A DNA stretch of 64,000 bases from an uncultured Candidatus Bathyarchaeia archaeon (GTDB lineage Archaea > Thermoproteota > Bathyarchaeia > Bathyarchaeales > Bathycorpusculaceae), in NCBI GenBank assembly GCA_964619695.1, contig CAZUFK010000001.1:20587-84586 (forward strand). Direction: 5' to 3'. This document shows positions 57,222 through 64,000 of this stretch, piece by piece (within the stretch, counting starts at the first letter, position 1; every line of letters starts with the position of its first letter). Under the pieces are notes generated by a model. It searched no databases and was not told where the DNA came from. It saw nothing but the letters and a program-made list of their open reading frames with translations. A program made the position numbers and the translations under genes.

Positions 57222-57824
57222 TTGTTAATGGCAACCGAACAGATATGGAGAAGGATGAAAGTGACCCCGCCTGTGATCGAAAGCAAAGACGCAGAAAAAG
57301 AGGCAATTCTAGAAGCGGCCAAGTTGATGCTGGTGGCCGCAAGAACCGCGCCGAAATCAGCAGGCATAGACGACATACTCACACTGATCGTTTGCGGCAG
57401 GGAAAAAAACGCCCTCGCAGACGAGATGGAAGAAATCGCAGAACAACGCAAGTCCGACGGGTTCAGGCGAGACGCAAAGAACGTCAGAGACTCCGAGGCC
57501 ATAGTGCTCATCGGCGCGAGAGGATGCAAGAGCTTCGGCCTGAACTGCGGAGCATGCGGACACGACACTTGTAAGGATTTTGAGAAGGCCAGGAAGGCAG
57601 GCGGAGACTTCGTTGGGCCAACTTGCCTGTTCAAGGCCCTAGACATGGGAATCGCGTTAGGCTCAGCCGCGAAAATCGCAAGCGAATTGAACGTGGACAA
57701 TCGTATAATGTATCGCATTGGCACAGCCGCCGTAAGGCTGAAAATGCTGCCCGAGGCCAATGTCGCAATGGGAATCCCACTCTCGGCAAAAGGCAAAAGC
57801 ATCTACTTTGACAGAAACAAATAG
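57222..57824 (+). CDS. Conserved hypothetical Cys-rich protein (possible Fe-S / DUF2148-like)
   Basis: ..GARGCKSFGLNCGACGHDTCKDF..GPTC.. Confidence 0.45.
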   Translation: MLMATEQIWRRMKVTPPVIESKDAEKEAILEAAKLMLVAARTAPKSAGIDDILTLIVCGREKNALADEMEEIAEQRKSDGFRRDAKNVRDSEAIVLIGARGCKSFGLNCGACGHDTCKDFEKARKAGGDFVGPTCLFKALDMGIALGSAAKIASELNVDNRIMYRIGTAAVRLKMLPEANVAMGIPLSAKGKSIYFDRNK

Positions 57825-57837
57825 GCCGAACGCCAAG

Positions 57838-59143
57838 CTAGGATATTGCCTTCCTCTTCTTCGCAAACCGCTCGTATTCTCTCCTCTCGACTATTTCCTT
57901 CAGGTTCTGAACGACTTCCCAGACCTCATAATAGGTGTTGTAAAGAGGTATCAGAGCGATTCTTACCACTTTCGGCGGGCGGAAATCAGGAACCACGCCG
58001 CGCGCTCTCAAGGCCTCACTTATCCTCAGTGCCTCCTCGTGCTCGATTGCGACGTGGCCGCCTCTGCGCCCATCCTCTCTAGGAGACCCAACTGAGAAAC
58101 TGTAAGGCTCCTTCGAGAGAATCTCGTCAACCAAGTAGATCAGATAGGAAGTCATCTTTAGAGACTTCTCTCTAATTCTCTCTATCCCAGCCTCAATGGT
58201 TATGTTGAGCGATCCCTCGATAGGGGCTGTGCTCAGAATCGCTGGAGAGGATATCTGCCAGCCTCCGGCGCTCTTGGAATGCTCAAAACCCAACGCCATG
58301 TCGAACTGTCTGTTCTTAATGTATCCGAACCAGCCTGCAAGCGCCGGGTCGCGGCTGAAGTGCTTCTTGTTCACGTAGAGGAAAGCCGTTCCTCCGGGGC
58401 CTCCGTTCAGGTACTTGTAGCTGCACCACAATGCAAAATCCACGTTCCACTTGTCGAAGCGATGAGGCACTACGCCGACGGAGTGGCAGCAGTCGAAACC
58501 TATTGGTATTTCCCTCTTGTGAGCCTCGCTGGTGAGGCGGCTGATATCTAGAAGCTGTCCACTTCGATACAGCACGGAAGGCAGAAAAACAAGCGCCACA
58601 TCCTCATCCATCAGCTCGATAATCTTGTCCTCATCCAGAAAACGGCCGTCTTCGCTTGGAGCCAGCACCAGATCCTCGTTTGGATCTAGGCCTCGCAGCT
58701 TCAGCAGGCTCTTCAACGCGTAGATGTCTGATGGAAAGTCAAGCTCATCCGCCAGAACCTTCTTCCGCGTTCCTTGTGGCTGATAGAAGGTGTTCACAAG
58801 CTGGTGTATGTTTATCGTGGTCGTGCCTGACCACGACTTCCTCAGGTTCCGCACCCACTATCTTTGCACATTTGGAGCCGAGTTCCTCGGCGAAATAGAA
58901 CCACGGACGTTTGGCCTCCAGCCAGCCTTTCACGCCAAGCGCTTTCCACGCGTTCAGCACCCTGAGAACCGAGCCTTCAGAGTCTTTGGAAAGAAGGCCC
59001 AGCGAGTTCCCATCCATGTATATGGTTCCTTTCGGAATGAAGAATCGGCTTCGAAAATCCGCAAGAGGATCCTCTGAATCAAGCCTTCGCGCAAAACTCT
59101 CGGTCACTTGAAATCTGCGGCCTGCGGACTTGTCCTTCTTCAA
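57838..59143 (-). pseudogene. kynU: Kynureninase, interrupted by a 1-nt frameshift (two overlapping ORFs)
   Basis: 58745-59143 encodes the kynureninase N-terminus (..IYMDGNSLGL..EEVVV). 57838-58854 continues in another frame (..TTTINIHQLVNTFYQP.. through the PLP-domain to the C-terminus). Removing one G near 58815 restores EEVVV-STTTINIHQLV. Confidence 0.7.
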
Positions 59144-59174
59144 TCGTACCTCTGTCCTCTGAGGATTACTAGAC

Positions 59175-59786
59175 TTACGTTTTCATCTTCTCGTTCATCT
59201 TTTCCAAGGTCCAACGTATGCTAGACTTGAGCTCTCTCAAGCGCTCTGCATCCACGTTTCTTATGGCTATTTCACGTATTATGTCGCCGTCTCGGGTTAT
59301 GCTGTAAGAGAAAATCTCCTCAGGCGCCAGTTGCCCTGTTCTGGCGAGTTCGTTGTCTCTGTCCTGCATCTTTGCCAGAACTCTTTCCACGAGAAACTGC
59401 GTGAAAGGAGGCATGTTAACATCAAAGCTCTTCCCTTCGGCTGGAACAATGCGCAACAGCCTTCCCTCAACCAGTATGTTTGCCAGAATCTCGCCTTCAA
59501 CCGTCGCAAGCGGGATAGCACTTTCAGGCCCAGACGAAGTTGGAGGCAACGAAGGCTCGGATCCAAGTTCAGCAGAGGCCTCCTCTTTCGGAGGCGCTTT
59601 GGCCTGTGCGGGTTCTTTCGGCATCTCGACGCGTTTGAACCCTTTTTCCAGCAGAATCAAATTCACCGTGTCAAGCATCGCCTCAGACTCCTTCAACTGC
59701 GCCGTCAGCTCTTCAACCTTCTTCTCAAGACTCGCCTTGAAAGCAACAAGTCTCTTGACTCTCTCGGCATCCTGTTCCATCGCCAC
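59175..59786 (-). CDS. Hypothetical coiled-coil protein with Pro-rich linker
   Basis: ORF only. Confidence 0.4.
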   Translation of the reverse strand: MAMEQDAERVKRLVAFKASLEKKVEELTAQLKESEAMLDTVNLILLEKGFKRVEMPKEPAQAKAPPKEEASAELGSEPSLPPTSSGPESAIPLATVEGEILANILVEGRLLRIVPAEGKSFDVNMPPFTQFLVERVLAKMQDRDNELARTGQLAPEEIFSYSITRDGDIIREIAIRNVDAERLRELKSSIRWTLEKMNEKMKT

Positions 59787-59845
59787 TCACGACGAACAAT
59801 TAAGGACTCTAGGCTTATCAAGCCTTTGAAAAGAAAAGCAGGAAA

Positions 59846-60358
59846 TTATGCTAGTTGCACGATCTTGTATTCGCTAGAATCGATTGCCGGGTTAGAAAGA
59901 GGGGAGAGTGGCTTGAGCTTGACTTTCATCTCGTTTTGAAGGAAGCTTTCGAATTCCTGAAAGACTGGGCTTTCGGTGTAGTTGAGTTTGACGCAAGTGT
60001 TTTTCCCTTCGAGTACTGAACTCAGGTCGTAGAGGGCTACTTTTTTGCTGAATTCCGGGTTTTCAAGCACTGCCCTCACCAGAGCCTCGGAGGGGGCTTC
60101 CGAAAACAGCCACGCCGTGCAGGACGAGTCAACCACGCGATAGGACAAACCTTCACAGACCACGCACTTCGCACTCGCAGCAATCTTCCTGAAGGACGAA
60201 GGATGAATGTCTCTTGTCCACAGAAAATTGTGATATTCCTCATTGATCCCGATCCAGTCTTCGGCTTCTGAGGTTTTCCAGCCTCTGCCTCTGCAAGAGT
60301 CCTTGAATTGCTGTACGATCTCCCATATCTTGGGCATTTTCATCATGGCATCACGCAC
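59846..60358 (-). CDS. Hypothetical protein (170 aa)
   Basis: ORF only. Confidence 0.4.
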   Translation of the reverse strand: MRDAMMKMPKIWEIVQQFKDSCRGRGWKTSEAEDWIGINEEYHNFLWTRDIHPSSFRKIAASAKCVVCEGLSYRVVDSSCTAWLFSEAPSEALVRAVLENPEFSKKVALYDLSSVLEGKNTCVKLNYTESPVFQEFESFLQNEMKVKLKPLSPLSNPAIDSSEYKIVQLA

Positions 60359-60597
60359 GCGTTAGTGAGAATCTTCTAGAACACTATTCTAGTATTCAAC
60401 CACTGATTTAAACTTATTTGTCGCTTTTTTCGCAATAATGTAGGCCAATCGACCGCTGGATTGACATTTTGTAGGCTGCGAGCGCCATCTTCCGACAAAT
60501 TGACGGCTATCTTCGAGTGGATTTTTGACGGAAAAGCAATGGAGATTTCGACGTTTTTCCGACGGCAAACGATAAATCCAGAGGCACGAGTTTTATA

Positions 60598-61164
60598 TTG
60601 GAGGAAGGCAGGTCGACTTTGAAGCTTCGAAACGATGCCTTGGCCCTAGACAGGGTAGACTTGAGGATCCTAGAAGCCCTGCAAGAGGATGCACGACACA
60701 CCTACACAGACATAGGCAAACGTCTGGGAATGGCTCACTCCACCGTCTATGACCGAATAAAGCGGCTAGAACGTTACGGCGTAATCAGAAAGTACACGAC
60801 CATAATCGACGCAGAAAGGGCTGGAACGAGGAAAATCCTAGCCTTGGTGACAGTCTACACCGATCCCAAGGAAAGCGAAGTCGTGGCAGAAAGGCTGTGC
60901 AGGGCACCCGAGGTTCTTGAAGTATACACCTCTCTCTCGGAGGAGCTTCTGATCATGGCCAAGGTCGTAGCCGAAGACCAAGAAAGCCTCCACATGTTCA
61001 TCGCAAACTCAGTCGCGCCTCTTCCCGGCGTGCTCAGAATCCGCACATCAATCGTGACAAAGAAGTTCAAAGAAGCACTGTTTTCAATCTTGGATAACCC
61101 GAGAAAGTCAACGCTTATAAAAAGAACGCGTAATATAAGGAGGAGAGAAAAGAATGAATGTTGA
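60598..61164 (+). CDS. Lrp/AsnC family transcriptional regulator
   Basis: ..LDRVDLRILEALQEDARHTYTDIGKRLGMAHSTVYDRIKRLE.. HTH plus RAM domain. Confidence 0.85.
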   Translation: MEEGRSTLKLRNDALALDRVDLRILEALQEDARHTYTDIGKRLGMAHSTVYDRIKRLERYGVIRKYTTIIDAERAGTRKILALVTVYTDPKESEVVAERLCRAPEVLEVYTSLSEELLIMAKVVAEDQESLHMFIANSVAPLPGVLRIRTSIVTKKFKEALFSILDNPRKSTLIKRTRNIRRREKNEC

Positions 61165-61555
61165 GGCGACTTCAAGGATTCTAGCTCCGCTTCCACGGGA
61201 AAAAGCATTCTACTTCTTCACCTCCATCGGCAACTACACCGGCATAAGCGCCTCATCTCTGAAGGAGTTCATGGAAAGGATAAACGACGTAAACGCCAAG
61301 TCCTTAGAGTTTCACTTAAGCCGTGGAGACTTCGAAAAATGGGTGGGCGAGGTCCTTCAGGACGGCGAGCTGGCCAGCGAGTTCAAGAAGCTGCAGAGGT
61401 CAAGCATGTCAGGCGACGACCTCCGCAACCAGCTATACGTAACCGTCCTCAGACGATTCAAATGCCTGACAAATCAGCCTGACTCCATGCAGGGCAGGAA
61501 CCTTTGGCCCGTGAGCGGCAACATCTCGTTCAGAGATGGCGAGAAAAGGCCTTGA
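61154..61555 (+). CDS. Hypothetical protein, overlapping the end of lrp
   Basis: 11-nt overlap suggests an operon; no motif. Confidence 0.4.
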   Translation: MNVEATSRILAPLPREKAFYFFTSIGNYTGISASSLKEFMERINDVNAKSLEFHLSRGDFEKWVGEVLQDGELASEFKKLQRSSMSGDDLRNQLYVTVLRRFKCLTNQPDSMQGRNLWPVSGNISFRDGEKRP

Positions 61556-62407
61556 ATCAGGGAGCGGACCCAGAAACATCGCGAATGTGGTTTTCTCGGC
61601 TGTCAAGTCGGACAGCTTCAGGTCCTCAGCCGTCGGCGGGTAGCATTTCATATAGCTTCCGAACGTGGGATCACGTTGCAGCAGGTTGAGAGCCTCGCGT
61701 AGCGTCTTGCCCTCTTTGACGAATGCTTGAAGCAGCTTGATGGTTTCATCGTCGGTGTGAGTTGGGCCAACCAGACCCGTCCATCCGACATAGGCCGTGG
61801 CTCCCTTGCTGATGAAAGCCTCAGCCATTCCTGTCACGGTCTTATTCAATGTGTTGCAGCCCATGGCAACGACGACGCTTTTCGGAAAGCTGCCTTCCAA
61901 ACTCCCTATGAATGACGGCGTAATCGTGAAGTAAAACTTGTCCGGCTTCCAAGAGTAGTAACCTTTGGCAAGCAGGCCATCATTAAGATAGGTAGAGTAG
62001 CGGTTCTCGTTGAACTCCTCAGAGGTGAAGAAATCAACAAGCGTTCTGTCTACCCTCAGCGCGGCGTGGCTCCGCAGCACGATCAAGCCGTAGTTGCTTT
62101 TGGCAAGTTCTCTATAGAATGCGACAGTTACCAGTGAACTCCCATAGTAGGATACGTTGAAGCCTGCATCTCTCAGCATGGTGGCAACAGGGCCCGTGCT
62201 GTTGAAGTCCGGGTTCGGATATTCTTCGCCCAGCTGATCAACTACTGCGGCCTTGAACGAGAACTTGGGCTCTGGAACTTGCACTGGGAATCTCGAAAGC
62301 AGGACGCCAGAAACTACCAGAAGCACCAACAGCACGGCAATAAGGGCAAGCTTTCTTTCTGAGAGCCACCGCTTCTTCTCTATACCACGCTCACCCTTTT
62401 TCTGCAT
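61433..62407 (-). CDS. Membrane-anchored extracellular protein, hypothetical
   Basis: N-terminal TM anchor (..LALIAVLLVLLVVSGVLL..), N-x-S/T sequons. Confidence 0.5.
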   Translation of the reverse strand: MQKKGERGIEKKRWLSERKLALIAVLLVLLVVSGVLLSRFPVQVPEPKFSFKAAVVDQLGEEYPNPDFNSTGPVATMLRDAGFNVSYYGSSLVTVAFYRELAKSNYGLIVLRSHAALRVDRTLVDFFTSEEFNENRYSTYLNDGLLAKGYYSWKPDKFYFTITPSFIGSLEGSFPKSVVVAMGCNTLNKTVTGMAEAFISKGATAYVGWTGLVGPTHTDDETIKLLQAFVKEGKTLREALNLLQRDPTFGSYMKCYPPTAEDLKLSDLTAEKTTFAMFLGPLPDSRPFLAISERDVAAHGPKVPALHGVRLICQAFESSEDGYV

Positions 62408-62462
62408 CAGCTACGCTTCCGACTGTATTAAAGACTCAAAGAGGAGAAGAAGGGGGATGCTT

Positions 62463-64000
62463 CTATTTTCTCTTTCGCCGGGTTAGGCTGACCACTGCAC
62501 AGAAAGCAGCCAGGAACATGGCATAGCAGAACAGGGCTAAGGTTGCCAAGGGTTTAGTCAACGACACTGAGTAACCTCCCACGCCACCGGAAAGGACGCC
62601 GATCCTAGCAGTCGACGACTTTGTCACGTTGCCGTGGGCATCTGTGACCTTGAGGTATACGTAGAACACGCCAGCGGACGCAGGGTCGAACACCCAAGTA
62701 GGTGAGGTTGCGCCAGAGACGGGGTTGTTATCCAAGTACCATTGGTACGTGTACGGTGCAGCTCCGCCGGTGACGCTAGAGGTGAAGGCCACTGAGCCGT
62801 TGAGCATGATGGTCTTGTCAAGGGGATCTATTTCGACTAGCATCTGAGGTGGCGTGTAGTGTGCAATAGCTGTGCGTGCCGCAGTCATGGTGAACGTTAC
62901 TGGGCTGACTCCGTTACCTTGGGAGGTTCCATCGACAGTCCAGTGGTGGAATATGTAGCCTGTGACTGAATTTGCTGTAAGGGTGACGCTGGTTGAACTG
63001 TCATACCACCAGCCGTCCGCAGGGCCTGCTTCGCCCGCCGGGTTCCTAGTTGGCTGAGGACTCAGTCCAGCAGGATCAGTCTTCACCGTCAGAAGGTACT
63101 GGATCTTGTAGTTGCCAGTTACGCCGCCTGAGCCGGAAACGGTTATTGATCCACTCTGCAGCGTCGAAAGCCCTGTGGTGCTCGACCAGACATACCGCTT
63201 AGCATTAGGCGCCACGACTAGAGGCGACTGGAAGGCGAAAGTGTGTGAGGTCGAGCTGTCCCACCAGAACGAAGCTGGTAGCGCGCCTGCCGCGTATCCG
63301 GTTCCATCGATGGTTACGATTTGGCCTGTGAAATCTCCACCCACGCCAGACTGGTCGAAGGTAACCTTGTACTGTGTGACATAGTTCGCCGTGACAGTCT
63401 TGGCCTTGTCAACCAACACCGTGGTGGGTGATCTTGTTGGGTCAGTTATCTCTGGCATGTCGTCGGTTGTCCAGCCGTTGAACCTGTAGCGTGAGGAGCC
63501 TGGAACGATGTCGACAAATGCGTCTGCCGAGACCGTGGCAGAAGCCCCTGCGTCAAACCATCCTCCGCCAGTTGGGGAATCGACGCCTGGAGGATTGGTG
63601 GCGAGAGTCAAGCGATATTGGGTCTTGTAATTGCCAGTTGCGTTGCCTGGGCCGGAAACGGTTATCGATCCGCCTTGCAGCGTTGAAAAGCCACTGGTGC
63701 TTGTCCAAACGTATTGCTTGCCTGCGTCTACGCTCAGCGGTGAGGCAAATGAGAACGTGTGTGACGAGCCATCGTCCCACCAGAACACAGCAGCCAGATC
63801 CATGACCTTGTAGGCTGTTCCGTCTATGGTTACAACGGTGCCTAAGAAGTCTGAACCCACGCCGGACTGCTTGAAGACTACTAGGCATTTTCCGTGGACG
63901 TTATAGTGGCCAGTTGCGCTGCCTGAGCCTGTGATTGTGAGGGCCTCACTCTGAAGGGTTGACAATCCAGTCGTGGAAGTCCAGTCGTACTGCTTGCTTG
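62463..64000 (-). CDS. Surface protein with tandem bacterial-repeat (InlB-B-like) domains and C-terminal TM anchor; N-terminus lies beyond the window
   Basis: At least two ~130-aa units (..YKVTFDQSGVGGDFTGQIVTIDGTGY..FWWDSSTSHTF..YVWSSTTG..ITVSGSGGVTGNYKIQY..), ..YRFNGWTTD.. / ..YIFHHWTVDG.. elements, C-terminal ..LALFCYAMFLAAFCAVVSLTRRKRK. Confidence 0.65.
   Translation of the reverse strand, partial: SKQYDWTSTTGLSTLQSEALTITGSGSATGHYNVHGKCLVVFKQSGVGSDFLGTVVTIDGTAYKVMDLAAVFWWDDGSSHTFSFASPLSVDAGKQYVWTSTSGFSTLQGGSITVSGPGNATGNYKTQYRLTLATNPPGVDSPTGGGWFDAGASATVSADAFVDIVPGSSRYRFNGWTTDDMPEITDPTRSPTTVLVDKAKTVTANYVTQYKVTFDQSGVGGDFTGQIVTIDGTGYAAGALPASFWWDSSTSHTFAFQSPLVVAPNAKRYVWSSTTGLSTLQSGSITVSGSGGVTGNYKIQYLLTVKTDPAGLSPQPTRNPAGEAGPADGWWYDSSTSVTLTANSVTGYIFHHWTVDGTSQGNGVSPVTFTMTAARTAIAHYTPPQMLVEIDPLDKTIMLNGSVAFTSSVTGGAAPYTYQWYLDNNPVSGATSPTWVFDPASAGVFYVYLKVTDAHGNVTKSSTARIGVLSGGVGGYSVSLTKPLATLALFCYAMFLAAFCAVVSLTRRKRK
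63101..64000. repeat. Intragenic ~100-nt DNA repeats (about 80% identity) underlying the protein domain repeats
   Basis: Segments starting near 63101, 63621 and 63897 align by eye (..ttgccagtt[ag]cg..gcctg[ag]gccggaaacggttat[tc]gatcc..). Confidence 0.5.

Overview
This window looks like an archaeal chromosome segment, roughly 50% GC, with dense coding on both strands. The assignment rests on an RNA polymerase operon (unsplit rpoB, rpoA, L30e, KH-type NusA), archaeal-style tRNA processing and frequent 4-nt overlaps between adjacent genes.

Named genes recognised from the translations:
- nrdR-nrdD-nrdG, the class III anaerobic ribonucleotide reductase module.
- A detached, full-length Rpb5-type rpoH.
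- A ModE-like regulator with a TupABC tungstate/molybdate ABC transporter.
- A double thiolase/DUF35 cluster beside a FabH/type-III-PKS-like gene.
- A split methylmalonyl-CoA mutase operon (mcmA1-mcmA2-meaB-cobO).
- A Cys-x-Glu glycyl-radical enzyme with its activase.
- nusA-rpl30e-rpoA-rpoB, in which rpoA is a single fused A'+A'' gene.
- A flotillin gene and a NYN-domain gene.
- nadA, a thioredoxin gene and a kynureninase gene.

The most notable findings are a compact SMC-family ATPase (642 aa, no hinge) translationally coupled to ScpA-like kleisin and ScpB-like kite genes, the fused rpoA, the full-length Rpb5-type rpoH sitting apart from the rpo operon, and a tRNA-Leu(CAA) carrying a non-canonical D-loop intron next to an integrase remnant. 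Three genes are disrupted in frame: a GNAT with TGA at a conserved Trp codon, a ZIP transporter, and a kynureninase with a single-base frameshift. Two surface-protein genes are also present, one of them with internal DNA and protein repeats. No CRISPR array or rRNA was seen. All calls come from reading the translations and sequence only; no searches were run.
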